A stretch of 63,433 nt of DNA, filler included, from Basidiobolus ranarum (GCA_040143965.1; 28 parts of 28 records of this genome joined end to end with filler, not necessarily neighbours in it), one strand, 5' to 3'. Positions 11,792 through 25,029 are shown, numbered from the whole stretch's first letter. Notes: generated by a model from the sequence alone, not told the origin. Made by a program: numbers and translations.

Positions 11792-12479
11792 AATGTGATG
11801 TCCATGCTTGCTTCATCTGCTCTATAGCAGCATCTTGATCAAGTCCCCATTCAAACTTCACCTTCTTTCTCTGCAGTTTGTGTATGGGTTCTACAATTTC
11901 AGAGAAATTGGGAATTCCTCAATCTTAGATGGTCCTGGTGTTCTTCCATAAATGTCACATTTCTGGCCAACTATGGATATTTCTGGTATTCCAAAGTCAC
12001 TTTTTGCACCGCTTATAGTGAGTCCAGCTTTCTCAATTTTGGTCAAAGTCTGGTCATTGTTTTTTATATGGTCATATACAAATCTTCTTACTCCTGCGAG
12101 TACTTCAGCTGTGTCCTTGATAGGTGATCCTTTTATGCCATTGTCTTCTGCAAATACAGCTAACTTGTCCAGGATGAACTTGTAAAGGACATTGACCTTC
12201 ACACGTTGAAACTGTGCAACAGAGTTAGTTCCACCTTGACTGAGTCTTGTCACTCTAATTAGCCCAAAAGGAGTGTGTAGTCCAAACATGTCTCTAGAGG
12301 CTTCATCAATGGGTATTTGGTTGTATCCTGAATATAGATCATAGGTTGCATATATGGATGCTCCTGCAAAGCTCTCTGCAAATTCATTAATTGATGGGGA
12401 TACTGCAGCATCTATGCTTGTGACTGCATTGGCTGGCTACTTATCTTGTATGAATCTCAGTTTGCCATTCTTCTTCTTA
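11792..12479 (-). mobile_element. Ty3/gypsy reverse transcriptase fragment (pseudogene)
   Basis: KKNGKLRFIQD, YATYDLYSGYNQIPIDEASRDMFGLHTPFGLIRVTRLSQGGTNSVAQFQR, degenerate YxDD (FAEDNG), IEKAGLTISGAKSDFG. Confidence 0.88.
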
Positions 12480-12721
12480 CCCTAACAAAAATAAAATCGA
12501 TTTGATCCGGATCGGATCCACCCTCTGAAATAGCAAAACCGTCAGAGAACCCTCACAATATCACCGGCTTGCATTCTGCCAGTGATTTTGATGGTGTGAC
12601 GGTGGTTTCTTGACGGTATCTTAACAGTATTCATACATGTTAAAATATTGATTCTCAAATTTGGCATGCGTTATTCAAAAACCTGCAATTTTTGCAAAAA
12701 TATAATTTTTGAATGGCAAAT
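12480..12721 (-). mobile_element. Young CACTA-type right end
   Basis: Starts CCCTAACAAAAATAAAATCGATTTGATCCGGATCGGATCC with CpGs largely intact. Confidence 0.88.
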
Positions 12722-13449
12722 CAATATTGCAATACTTTAACAGTTTCAAAAACAATCATAAAGTTGCAATAAGAGTCTTTATTATCTTTCTGTTCTGACA
12801 AGAAGAATATGTTTGTGTTAAAGGAAAGGAAGAGTTAAAGGGGAAAGTGGAAGTGGAAAGTATTGGGAAACTTGTTGGGAAGAAGTTCTCTTGAGCTAAA
12901 AAGGAAGATCAGGAATATATATGAAAGCTTAATTGCTTTCCAGCAAATAGACTATGTTAACTAGTTAAAGGTGGCTTAGAAAATAAAGAATCAGTGATAA
13001 AATCGCAATTACATCAGCTGTGGCTTAGATATTTGGTACACATCAGCAGAGTATGATGATTGATGCATGTGCAAATTTTCAGTGCTTCTCATTGGCTAGA
13101 TCCCAAGATATTGCCGATTTAAGCTGCTAAATAACAATTTTGCTTAAAAAAAGTGGCTTAGCTGTTTTTTCTTCATGCTTAGGTCAGAGATATTGCTTGT
13201 TCTAGACTTGACTCTAACTTGCCCAATAATGGTCCAATCAGAGTGATTCTTGATTCATTGGAAAGCTGTGGCTTAGCTGAGTTCGAATCTTGTGGTTTTG
13301 TGCATGTTTGGATAGTATCGACGCTGCTGTTGATGATCAAAATTTTGGTTTCTTCTGCTTTGCTCTTTTTCTGCAAGTTTCTTTCTTTAGCTAATAAAGG
13401 CTGATTTATGGATAACTTTTGCAATAAAGTGTTTGCATAAAATGCAAAA

Positions 13450-13565
13450 CTGCAATGGTCAACAATTACCAGAATTGAATCATATTTGGCAGACAAGGGT
13501 AGATCAGTTATGAAATCCAGGGATATGGATTTCCACTGCTGATCAGGAATTGGAAGAGGCTGTAG
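13450..13565 (-). mobile_element. Ty3/gypsy integrase N-terminal fragment
   Basis: [37 protein letters not shown] is the classic start of the gypsy rve domain. Confidence 0.85.
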
Positions 13566-13665
13566 NNNNNNNNNNNNNNNNNNNNNNNNNNNNNNNNNNN
13601 NNNNNNNNNTTAATTAATTAANNNNNNNNNNNNNNNNNNNNNNNNNNNNNNNNNNNNNNNNNNNN

Positions 13666-13770
13666 CAAAACTATAAATGTCAACTTTCTACTCACTAAAT
13701 CAATAAGTGAAAACCACCAATTCCTCTAATTCTCCAAACCACTTCCAACAGGCTCCCAAATACTTTAACA
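13666..13770 (+). mobile_element. Family A LTR 3' end (3' LTR or solo LTR)
   Basis: Ends CTCCCAAATACTTTAACA with no PBS after it. Another decayed family A LTR lies at about 14350-14560 (-). Confidence 0.8.
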
Positions 13771-15499
13771 CCTTTGCCCCTTAACACTATATTTGCATTG
13801 TCTGTACTTGATTACATTGGTCATCAAATTTAATATTGATATGATCCAGTATTGTCACAATATCTTAAAAGATTGATGCCTTGATTGTCACTTTGTTCTG
13901 ATTAGTATTTAAGCTAAATAAAGTCTTCACCATATAGTGCTTTTCATCTCCCCTTATATATCACCATTCAGTATTAGCAAAAGATTTCAAGTATCTTGTA
14001 AGAATGGCAACTACCTGCCTGGGATACATACACTATCCTTGCTCCCATTTCATTTTGATTGCTACATACTCTTCTTAACATTGTGAATGGGATATGATGT
14101 GAACCACCTGGGCTATGGCAAGCAACAGTATAAAGTAATCTATTGAATCATGCGGCTGATTTAATACTTTGTTTTGATGTTGCCTCTATGAACAACTCTA
14201 GTACATGCATTTTGAGTAGTTGACTCCAATTGGAAAATAAAGTTTATGATGCTCCACATTTTATGAACATACCATTATCTTATTCCCTTTTTTCATCATA
14301 TTTTTGTTGAAGTATTTTGGGAGTTTGTTGGCAGTGGCATAGAGAACTAGCAGAATTGGAGGTTTTTATTTATTGATCTACTGAGTTGAATGTTGATATT
14401 TATGGTTTTGTCATAGGGTACAAAAATAAACATATAAATTATGTTAAGAAAGGTCCCAGGAACATGTGTGCAAAGTTTGGGGCCAAGTTTTCAACATCTT
14501 CCAAGTAATGTCCTATTGAGAATAGTGAGTGATATCTTAGTTAAATTTGGAACAACTAATTACTAGCTGATCACTAAAACCATATTATTCTCTGGAATAA
14601 TCGCCAAGCCTTCAATGTCATATGGCCAATAGATATTGTCAGAGAGATAGTAGAAAACGCGCCAAATTCAAATCAAGATGTATAGCTAACTGGCAGAGTA
14701 ATGTCATCAACCCAATCAGATTTTAACGTCAGTCAGAATCCGGTGAAAGCCACAATTTACTCACTTCGAAAGCTTTTTCATAGTAGTGGATGTCAACCCA
14801 ATGAAACAAGATGGAATCAAACGCGTATGTATACTATGAATAACGTTCTTCTGCAGTCAAGCTCATAAGGTTCGCAGGTTAACTGCTCTTCTCCAAGACT
14901 GGAAGTTAGGTCTGATATATTAATATTATGATAGCCGCTTTATTTGACAAAATGAAGATATGAATGTGGCTATGATGTGCCATGCCTTTGACAGAGTTGA
15001 TTGCATTAAGGTATGACGTAATCAAGAAAAATATTTCCGTTGATCCGGTTTAACGCCACTATTCTCAAGATCCCCAAAATGGCAACCCAATTGTGATATG
15101 AACCCTTTGCCTAACCCTAAGTATATTCCAACCTTGATGTTAGTATTTCAGGGAGCTGACCCTTACGGTAGCATTTAATTGTCCCTCTCTAACACTGTAC
15201 ATCCGACAGGTTTGCGAGATTACACCATCATTGACTTGAGGTGGGGATGTAAGTTTTATTCCTTAATTGACAATGAAGCGATAAGGAATACAAAACAACC
15301 TTTATAACTATTTTTGAATGCATAATTGCACATACTATAAATAGACCATACGATTATCCAAAATCAATCCAGCCGATAAGGAGTGCGACCGATTTAAGGT
15401 CTTATTAATGATTTATTTAATGTTCAATGGAATGAAATGAATAAAGTTATATACTACATGTGATATTACGTAAAATGAGTTACTTTGTTTTTTGATGAA

Positions 15500-15838
15500 T
15501 TACTTGGTTTTTTCAAGCTTGACTAACTTGACTCCCAAAGAAAATAGAAATGCCGATCCTGCCATACAGGTAGCCACTATAAAGATGGTTTGAAGGACAT
15601 GAACATACACACCTATCACCTCTCCCCGCTCGCTCAATGGAAGGGCGTTAATGAATTCAAACCCTTCCGAAGCATCTTTAACGGGGATATGAAATGACAA
15701 GTTTTCTAAACCATGGGCTACTTGATTGTTGAATATTGAACCAAAGATTGCGATTCCGAGTACACCACCGATTGATCGTGAAAATGCTGATAAAGCAGTT
15801 ACCACGCTCACATCCTTACGTGCAACTGCTGCTTGGCC
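15500..15838 (-). CDS. MFS drug:H+ antiporter (DHA2-like), 3' end
   Basis: Frame is open from the contig edge: GQAAVARKDVSVVTALSAFSRSIGGVLGIAIFGSIFNN...YVHVLQTIFIVATCMAGSAFLFSLGV. Confidence 0.85.
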   Translation of the reverse strand, partial: GQAAVARKDVSVVTALSAFSRSIGGVLGIAIFGSIFNNQVAHGLENLSFHIPVKDASEGFEFINALPLSERGEVIGVYVHVLQTIFIVATCMAGSAFLFSLGVKLVKLEKTK

Positions 15839-15939
15839 TNNNNNNNNNNNNNNNNNNNNNNNNNNNNNNNNNNNNNNNNNNNNTTAATTAATTAANNNNN
15901 NNNNNNNNNNNNNNNNNNNNNNNNNNNNNNNNNNNNNNN

Positions 15940-16483
15940 AAATTTGCCAAAATCCAAGAGCTTATTCTCATTGTGAATGGTAACAAGAGTCAGCTATTTG
16001 CCAAGTGTCAGTGCTATTCAAAATTTCAGATGTTGAGCAATTTTTCCACCATTAGTTTGCTGGTAAATCATATTGATGTTGTTGAGTTATGTCTGATCAG
16101 TCAAGTATGTGCATATGTAGAGACTAAACACAACAAGATTCTTGTATTTTTTGATTCTCATTATGGCTGGAATACAAAGCCTAAATTATCTAAATGAAGG
16201 CATGCATATTAATTCAAATTCCTACAGCAGTAAACCCAGTAATTTGCTATTTGAAAATTAGATTTTTGCAAAAATTGCCGGATATTGAATAATGCATGCC
16301 AAATATAAGGATTAATATTTTAGCATGTATGAATACCATCAAAATACTGTCAAGAAACCGCTGTCACACCATGAAAATCCCTGGCAGGATGCAAGCCACT
16401 GATATTGTGATGATTCTCTGATAGTTTTGCTATTCTAAGGGTGGATCCAATTTGGATCAAATCAATTTTAATTTTTGTTAGGG
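15940..16483 (+). mobile_element. CACTA-type transposase C-terminus and right end
   Basis: KSQLFAKCQCYSKFQMLSNFSTISLLVNHIDVVELCLISQVCAYVETKHNKILVFFDSHYGWNTKPKLSK*. Ends TTTTTGTTAGGG. Confidence 0.88.
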
Positions 16484-18112
16484 ATTATAGCCAATATAGC
16501 CTCATATTTCATGCCATAACTGAATAGTTTCTTGATAGGCATAACTGATATTTACACATAGAGCTCTTGGATTGTCAGAGTTCTCAACCTTTTCTCTCAA
16601 TGCTAAATAATTCCCATATTAATCTGTGATGGTGTATCCTAACTTATCAAAATTGAATTTTAGTCCTTCTGAGGTGGCTGTGCATGCAGATGTTTAGTTC
16701 TTGACTAATTCTGGAACATGTAGTAGGGCCCTAAGAGTAAGCATATTCTCTTTTGAGACACTAGCTAAATTAACTTTAACTGCTCCCATATCCATAGCAT
16801 CCAGTGTATGGTCATCTTCCCTGAAAACCTCCCTAATTGGTATTTTCTTATAAACCACAAACCAAGGTTTTTCATTTGTGAAGTGTTTGAAAGCTCAAGG
16901 ATTAATGTACAATGTCTAAGAGCCTTGTTGGTAGTCATTGAGAGGACAGATATGAGCAAGTTATCTTCTGTTATAACCTCATTTTTGGATTCAGTCCATT
17001 TCTTGTCTTTTGCAATGCTTTGGAAGCAATCTTTACTCAACTGGCCACTTCTTTTACAGTACTTACAAAATGTGCTACTTTACTTCTTATAATACTTTTG
17101 ATTTTTATCGGAAGGTTTCCCATAGCCTATTAAAGCATTTTTGTCATTTTTTGGTGGATCCAAACTTGTGTAAACTCACATTCAGGAGTCTGCCAAATAC
17201 TTAATTTAAGGTCAAGTTTTCAATTCTTGATTCTAGAGCTATTACCAGGCTCTGCAACTTGTGTGGCAGGCTATTCAGGACTGTGACTATGATGTCTGGA
17301 TCAGTGGCAGGTACTCCCATGTATTCCATTTCATCCACTAAAACAGTGACTCTATTAATCAGTGATTTGATGTCTTCTATTGGCTTCAGATTTAAGTCAA
17401 AGAATTGTCTTCTTAGATGCATCTTGTTGATAGCAGAGCATGTTTGGTAGATGTCTTCCAAGGCTCTCAATACCTTCTTGGTGGCTTAGGCTGTTGAACA
17501 TTGAATTAGCAATTTGTTTCTAGTATTGTGGCAAATTTTGTCAAAGGCACTCTGTTCTTTTTTAAACTAGAGTACAACTTTGGTTTCAGATAGCTTTGCA
17601 TTGTTTTCTTCCCTTACAATAATGTCCCAAAGTTTCTTTTCTTGCAGCAACATTTTCATTATAAATTCCACACTTGATCTTTAGTTCTGTCAAATTTTTC
17701 AGAAGAGGGAAAAGTTCCAGATATTTCTGAAGTAGACATTACAGAGAGTGCAAGCTTGAGGCTCCTAACTTGTTAACTTATCTGGAAGCCTGTTAGAAGT
17801 GGCTTGGAGAATTGGAGAAATTGGTGATTATCACATATTAATTGATTGAGTCAAAAGTTGCCATTAAAACTTTGTATATGATGCAAGCAAATTTACCTGT
17901 AGTATGTGTGAGAAAAGGTCCCAGGAACATGAGTGCAAATTTTGGGGCTTCTGGCATAAGTTTGAACTCTTCATATCTGAGAACATGTAAGTTGATAGAA
18001 ATATTCCAAGTATATTCTGATTGTGAAAAATGGGTAATATCTTAGTGAAATATCGGATAACTAAATACTAAGCTATATATGACTATATAGGTGTTTAGGC
18101 ATTGCTAATTTG
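16484..18112 (-). mobile_element. Copia family A: LTR (17771-18112), decayed PBS, gag (zinc knuckle) and protease region
   Basis: ALEDIYQT...LRRQFFDL...IIVTVLNSLPHKLQSLVIALESR (gag). CKYCKRSGQLSKDC knuckle. Many stops and frameshifts. Confidence 0.87.
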
Positions 18113-18212
18113 NNNNNNNNNNNNNNNNNNNNNNNNNNNNNNNNNNNNNNNNNNNNTTAATTAATTAANNNNNNNNNNNNNNNNNNNNNNNNNNNNNNNN
18201 NNNNNNNNNNNN

Positions 18213-19707
18213 TACAACATTCTGGTCATATAACTGTGGTAACTCCACGGTATCCTGACTTTTGGCAGTGTTACCAAAACTTTGAGTCAAAGTACAGTCA
18301 GTGGACTCAATGTGCAAAACTCAAGTTGATCTATTGCACTTATTACTGTTGTTATACACCAGACTTTGTGCAGCTGGTGGCTTTGTATAGTGACCATGTT
18401 GTGATTATTATTTCTATGAAGCCTCCAGCTTTCATAGCCTATGAATTTGTGGCAATGATAGCAGGACCTCTTTAAACATTTGTGTTGTGGCATGAGAAGG
18501 ATATTGCAGAAAAAGGAACACCTCCTTTATAAGGGTGGTATTTTAGGTATAGCCCATCAATATAATCAGCTGATTCCAAAATGGTTTACTGATGAGTCAT
18601 CAGGGGATTTGCAAGATGTTGCTGGTAATGGATGGCAACTTTGGTTTATTATAAGGTGTTTCTAAGCAATTTCATTACACCAAGTTTACCATCTGAAAAT
18701 TTCAATGCCATTCAAAAAGCATTCAAAATCTACATCAAAATTGGCATCCAAGCCAAAGCCCGCTGGCACAAAAGATAGAAACCAGCAAGAACAAAGGACT
18801 TAACTGATGAGCAATCTAGCAATCCACTATCCACTTTGGAAGGCATTTACATGCTGGAAACTAACTCAAGTAATTATGAAGCATTAATCAATTTACTAGA
18901 TGTGTTCCTTTCCAGCAATTGTGTAAGTGAAGAGATTGTAATCCCCCCAATTACATAATAAATCAATAGTTGAGCAAAGTTCAACCAAGACACTGTCAAG
19001 ACCATCAACTTCCAAAATGGCTGCTTTTCCCACTATTGAACAATCCTCTGTAGAAAATTTGAATAGAATTAATACAACAAGCAAATTGCAGGCAGAACAC
19101 CGTAATGATTTGTTTGAAATCATAAGTAAAAACTACAACAATGCTATACAGGCTATGGCAAGCCATAATGCTGCAATGTTTGCAATTAATGCAGCATTTG
19201 GATGCAACTAGTTAACAGTTAGAGATTCACTCAAAAATGATACAAGACCTTCAGAATGCTGTACTTGAGCTACAGCAATATGCTGCTCCCTCCATCCACT
19301 CTCATATGGGATTTCAATCAATCTCACACCATACATATGAACATCACCACAGCAATCTAGCAGTGCAGAGTATATGTTGGACTATTAAGCCTACACAATG
19401 TCCTAAAATTGCTTGGGCCCACAAAATTAAAATCTCATAGGAAAACCAGCAAACCAAAAGACTCTAAATGTCTAAGTGGATGTCACTTACTCTGATGATG
19501 AGTGGTTTAACATTTTGGAAACTGTGTGGAACCTTGCCCAAAATCACCTGGATTTGAGCCAATTATGGAAACCAAAAACCAGGTTTTACTCTAAAGGTTC
19601 TTGACTTATTTCATATGGCTTATCCCAGGTTTTTGCAAGCAAATGGCAATTTGCCTAGTATAGGCCAATTCATAAAACATCTTAAAATATACACAATTAT
19701 TGACCGG
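18213..19707. mobile_element. CACTA-type central region: transposase 5' end (-, to 18493) and divergent ORF2 (+, from ATG 18705)
   Basis: MPQHKCLKRSCYHCHKFIGYESWRLHRNNNH on the minus strand and MPFKKHSKST... on the plus strand. Same layout as 25030-27200. Confidence 0.85.
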
Positions 19708-20385
19708 TGTAGTGGGGTAGCATTGCTACCCACTGGCAGGTTGACTTATTTCCACTCCAAGCTCATGTCATTACTATTACACAATTTCTATTTTATTATC
19801 CTTATTTGACTTACCCATATTTTCTAGCCAATCAAATCATACTATTAGTATCATCCCCTATTATTTCAGATTTATCAGTATTAACCCAGACCAGCCCTAT
19901 TATTTTCTGGAAAATTCTACAATCTTCCGGAACTTTCCACAAGGATCTTGGAATATTTGATGATTGATTGAGTTTTGACCAATCAAAACTTGATTTTGCC
20001 GGAACATTCCATGACTTTCTGGATTTTTTTACAATCTTCCAGAACATTCCATGAATCACTAATCTCAATATTTATGATGATATCATAACCCCAGATCCTC
20101 ACCAATAGAATTCTCCGGAACTCTCTGGAAAATTCTCATTAGTAATCATATCTACCATCAGAAAAGTATAAATAGGAGCCATATCTTTTCAAATAAAATC
20201 ATCCTAGTTTTCAACTGACAATTACTACTTGTGATCACCCCTTATTTTCACCACTGCTTATGAGACCTTTGAAGAGGAAGCTCAAGAGAGACTACTAGAG
20301 GCAGTTACAGGCTACTGTGTGACTAGAAAGGACTTGACCACCTCAAAGGAAGTACTGACAGGTAGGTGTTATATTTCTGATACTT
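19708..20385 (+). mobile_element. LTR-like family D inserted in CACTA ORF2
   Basis: Begins TGTAGTGGGGTAGCATTGCTACCCAC and has a TATAAATA box at about 20167. Second copy at 3461-3953. Confidence 0.65.
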
Positions 20386-20485
20386 NNNNNNNNNNNNNNN
20401 NNNNNNNNNNNNNNNNNNNNNNNNNNNNNTTAATTAATTAANNNNNNNNNNNNNNNNNNNNNNNNNNNNNNNNNNNNNNNNNNNN

Positions 20486-21175
20486 CAATTAGAGCAATAA
20501 ACACACGTTTTTGAATAATAGAATTGAGTGCTAAATAATCAGAATATGAATGAACTAACTACTAAATAATGAGTTGCTATTTACCTAATTTCAACACAAT
20601 CATGTGCAACTATCTTGCAAGATCTTGAAGTTGTAAAAGTGTTTAAGCCAGCACAAGTTTGAAAAATCTATGTTTCTGGGCACTTCTAAGTTGGTAACAT
20701 ATTGTGTATTCCAATTGAGAATAATGGATAATAACTTTGTAAGATACATGATATACAAGGACTAAGCAATGTATGACTATGCAGGTGTCTAAGCAATATT
20801 AATTTCAACAGAAATTTTACTCCTAAAACTGAAAACATCTATATACTCAAGTCTAACTTGGCAATTTTATGATGGTAAGGAAATGGTAAATACAAAATGG
20901 TTTAAAATTGTGACAGTTTGCTTGCAATAATGATCCTCAAAACTCTGTTAGAGGAAGTAGTTTTGAGAATTAGAGAATTTGGTGGGTTTCACTTATTGAT
21001 TTATTGAGTAGGGAGTTGACATATATAGTTTGGTCAAGATGTGAATAAACCCACATGTAGGATGTGTTAAGGAAGGTCCAAGGAGCATAGTGAAAAGTAT
21101 GGGGCTTCCAGTACAAGTTTGAAAAATCTATATATCTAAGAACTTCTCAGTAGGAAACATATTTTAGGTAATTTC
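20486..21175. mobile_element. Mosaic: family B LTR end (20486-20596, -), family A LTR pieces, CACTA left end (about 20791-20954)
   Basis: Sharp junctions at ...ACCTAATTTCAACA (20596), ...AATTTCAACA|GAAATTTTACTCC (20790) and ...CTCTGTTAGAGG|AAGTAG (20954). Confidence 0.75.
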
Positions 21176-22657
21176 TGTTGAAATTAGGTAAATAGCAACT
21201 AATTATTTAGTTGCTGATTCATTCATATTCAGATTATTTGACACTCAATTCTGTCATTCAAAAAATGTGTTTATTGCTCTAATTGATAGAAATAACAATT
21301 AGAACACTATTACCAATTTTTACTATTTTGTCAAAACTTCTCCAAAACACCTCAAATTTACTCCCATGCTTAGCAGGCATGTTTGTAATAATCTAAGCAC
21401 ATTCAATAGTACTATTTAATAGTAGGCTATAAATAGAACATATTCAATTCAATAAATCTAAGTCTCCAATTCACAAATTCAAGTCTTGTCCAAAACACTT
21501 CCAAGTTGCCTAAACACTTTTATCAGGTTATGATCACCAAGCTAGCTGCTAAAGGAATGTCTACCAGTACTATTAGCAATGTTTTTGCATCCACACTGAA
21601 GTTTGATGGTGAAGACTTTCACCTTTGAAAGTTCAAGATGCAAATGGTGCTAGAAGACAAGGACCTTTGGGGACTTGTTACAGGAGAAGAAATAGAGCCA
21701 ACGGGACCACCAAAAGCTATCCTTGCCTTTCACAAGAAGCAGAGGAAAGCACTCTCTACACTTTGTCTACATCTCAGTGACTCTCAATTGAGGCATAAAT
21801 AACTAGCCAAAAACATCCAAAATGCTTGCAAAACACTTGAGGGATTGAACAAGACTAAAGGTCTGGCTTACAGGCTATATCTTAGGTGAAAATTATTCTC
21901 ATTTCAGATGAATTCTGATGATTCTATGCCTAATAATATAAATAAGATAAAAACTATGGCAGATCAGCTCTCATCCATTGGAGCAACTCCAAATGAAGAT
22001 GACTGATTCATGACACTACTTTGGAGCTTGACAGACAAGTTAGGAAACCTCATAATTGTGCTAAATCAAGATCAGAGCCATAAATAATGGATTATGTTGG
22101 TGCTAGGCTTTTGAATGAAGAGTTGAGGAGATCTAATTTTCAGCAAAATACTGCAGAACAGGCATTTTTTGGAGCTGTAAAACATCCAATGGGCTTCAAT
22201 AATGGCACGCCTAATAGGAAGCCAAGCATCTGCAAGTATTGCTAGAAACCAGGTCATATTAGCAAAGATTGTGGAAAAGAATTTCAGCCAACAAGCTAAA
22301 ATTGGACAAGAAAATCAAGTAAGCACTAATAGGGATAATCTATTTGTGTCTGCCCTATCAGTAACCACTAAAGAAGACTTGAAAACATGATACATTGATT
22401 CAGAAGCTTCCCAACATATGTTACAAAGATTCAAGAGCTTCCGAACATATGTAAAAAAGGAAATATTGGTTTTCCTGCTTAAGACCAATCTAAACAAGGA
22501 AACTCTACTTAGGCAATGACTATGCACTAGATGCAGTTGGTAAGGGCTTAGTTGTACTTAACTTTGAACAAAATTCAGCTACAGCATCTGCTAAATTGGA
22601 TGATGTATTCTATGTACCAAATATTGAAAGGAATCTACTCTCAGTAAGCCAAGCAAC
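21176..22657 (+). mobile_element. Copia family B: 5' LTR (21176-21525), PBS (GGTTATGATCAC), gag and protease pseudogene
   Basis: LTR TGTTGAAATTAGG...TTTATCA. MSTSTISNVFASTLKFDGEDFHL*KFKMQMVLEDKDLWGLV, CKYC*KPGHISKDC, *YIDSEASQHM. Confidence 0.9.
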
Positions 22658-22757
22658 NNNNNNNNNNNNNNNNNNNNNNNNNNNNNNNNNNNNNNNNNNN
22701 NTTAATTAATTAANNNNNNNNNNNNNNNNNNNNNNNNNNNNNNNNNNNNNNNNNNNN

Positions 22758-23628
22758 TTCACCATGGAACCAGGTACAGCTGTTGGAAGAGTGCTAAATT
22801 TGGAAGTTTATCTAACACCTGGCACCTCTCAACAAGCCAAAACACCAGCAAATAAAACTCACGGCTCTCCAACCTCAACTGGTACTAAGCAAATAAAACT
22901 CACAGCTCTCCACCCTCAACCGGGACTTTTCAAAGTGTTGAAATTAGCCCAAAACTTAAAGGCAACAAAAAGCCACACAAACACCACAAAGAACCCTCAG
23001 TAGTGTCACACTACAAGGATGTACAAAAATAGTCAAAGTGCTTGAGGAGTGTTTTCAAAAGTATGATGGGAAAAGCACAGTGCAAGTATACAGAAAGTGG
23101 CTTCAGAAGAAGAACATTCAATTTGACATTCAGTCTGGTTTTGACCATGCAGATATCTGGGAAGAACTTAATACACAGTGACACAATATTTCAGGGTATC
23201 CGCCAGAGAGCTGGAAGAATGTTGATTCAGCAACATTAATATAATGGTGGGCTTTGATGGAGATATTGACACAAACTTGTGTTGGGTGTGAGCTAAACCT
23301 TGGGTATGAAGAACTCTATAAATATATTCTGGAGAATATATCAAAGAAACTAGGGATTTTGAAGGTGACAAATTAGCATTCCAGTGGTAATTGTGTAAAA
23401 TTTGACGTATGTTTTTTGCACATATGTTGATCCAAAGTGCTCTGAGATTTTAGCCAATCAGGTGCAACTATTTTGTGAGATCTTGAAATTTCACTCCTGA
23501 AACTGAAAAAATTTATTAAAATCAAGCCTAACTTGTAGACTTTATGATGGCAAGTAAACAGTCAATCCCAAATGGATTAAAATTGTGACAGTTTTTCTAC
23601 AATAACAATTCTCAAATATCTGTTAGGG
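22758..23628 (+). mobile_element. CACTA-type ORF2 C-terminal half (stop 23374-23376) and left end
   Basis: MEPGTAVGRVLNLEVYLTPGTSQQAKTPANKTHGSPTS...ELNLGYEELYKYILENISKKLGILKVTN*. Ends CTCAAATATCTGTTAGGG. Confidence 0.85.
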
Positions 23629-23667
23629 TATTCCTTGGTGGGTAGCAATAGCAAGGATTACTGTGAT

Positions 23668-23915
23668 TCAGGTAAACTTAGCAATGGAAGAAAATGTTTC
23701 ATCATAGTCAATGCCTAGCTTCTTAGCATAGCCTTTTACTACTAATCTTGCTTTGTACTGGTTGATGGATCCATCTGAGTTAAGTTTCAGTTTCAGCACC
23801 AATCTATTACCAATAGTTTTTCTTCCAGTAGGTAAGTCTACAAGGATCCATGTGATATTCTTGATTAAGGCATGAATTTCATTATCAGTGGCTTTTCTCC
23901 ATTCTGTTTGATAGA
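23668..23915 (-). mobile_element. Copia reverse transcriptase N-terminal fragment
   Basis: EWRKATDNEIHALIKNITWILVDLPTGRKTIGNRLVLKLKLNSDGSINQYKARLVVKGYAKKLGIDYDETFS. Confidence 0.9.
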
Positions 23916-23964
23916 AAAAATAATCACAAGCCTGGTCTCTGTACAAAGCCACCAGTTGTACAAA

Positions 23965-24313
23965 TGATAAAAGTGTTTAGGGGATTTGGAAGTGTTTTGG
24001 ACAAGATTTTGATTTGTGAATCAGACGCTTAAGTTTTATTGCATTGAATATGTTCTATTTATAGTTTACTATGAAATAGGACTATTGGACATGCTTAGAA
24101 CATAGCAACATACCTGCTAAGCATAGATGAAAATTTGAGGTGATTTGAAGATGTTTTGAGAAAATAGAGAAGATTAGCAAAAGTGATCTAATTGATATTT
24201 CTATCAATTAGAGCAATACACTAACATTTCATAGGACAGAACTGATTGTTAAATAATTAGATTATGAAAAACCTAGCTAAGAAATAATGAGTTGCTACTC
24301 ACCTAATTTCAGT
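23965..24313 (-). mobile_element. Family B solo LTR inserted in the 5' region of a CACTA transposase
   Basis: Reverse complement of 21176-21525. Flanks on both sides match the CACTA transposase near 26056-26150. Confidence 0.8.
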
Positions 24314-24329
24314 GCTACAATGCCATGCA

Positions 24330-24929
24330 AATATCAACAATAATAAATCCCCAAAATCTACTCAAGTTTGCCTACTGAGTCCATGTGCTGTGCTTTGGCC
24401 AAAAGCTTTGGTAACACTTCCAAAAGCTAAGAGACCATGGAGTTACCATAGTTGTGTGACCAGAATTATGTAGTTAGAAATGCAACTTTGGTTGAACTAG
24501 TAAGTCCAGACAACTCTAAGGAAATGCTGCCAGATGTTGACCTTTGGGTATTCCAGTATTGATGGAAGTATATCAGAAGTTGAAGTAGATGATGGTTTTG
24601 TTGCATACTCTTTGGTATTGGCAAACATCAGTCCACTTGTAACACTTAAAATAAAGGAAGCAGCTTTGATCATTAACTTATCCAATTGTAGCAACCAGGT
24701 GTTTATTAGTTTAATATACTTTTGCCACAAGTGATTGGCCACTGCTGCTTGCCACATACCTGGTACCAGTGGAAGACACTTGTCAGTCAAATGACTAATA
24801 ATCCTTCAGTAATTAAACTACCTTCATGTCCAAATGGTTGTTTGCCTTTCACTGGTGATCTGAAATATCTGAAGTCATGTACTGTTTGCACACAATTGGC
24901 AATCACTGAATCAGGTAAATATTGATCAT
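24330..24929 (+). mobile_element. CACTA-type transposase N-terminal fragment
   Basis: CCLPHTWYQWKTLV...LPSCPNGCLPFTGDLKYLKSCTVC. Confidence 0.85.
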
Positions 24930-25029
24930 NNNNNNNNNNNNNNNNNNNNNNNNNNNNNNNNNNNNNNNNNNNNTTAATTAATTAANNNNNNNNNNNNNNN
25001 NNNNNNNNNNNNNNNNNNNNNNNNNNNNN

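Noticed and set aside
11390-12721. Gypsy RT flanked by inverted repeats as a novel TIR-bounded retroelement
   Set aside because: Both flanks are right ends of the CACTA element with their tips pointing at the RT. They are two independent insertions, not termini enclosing it.
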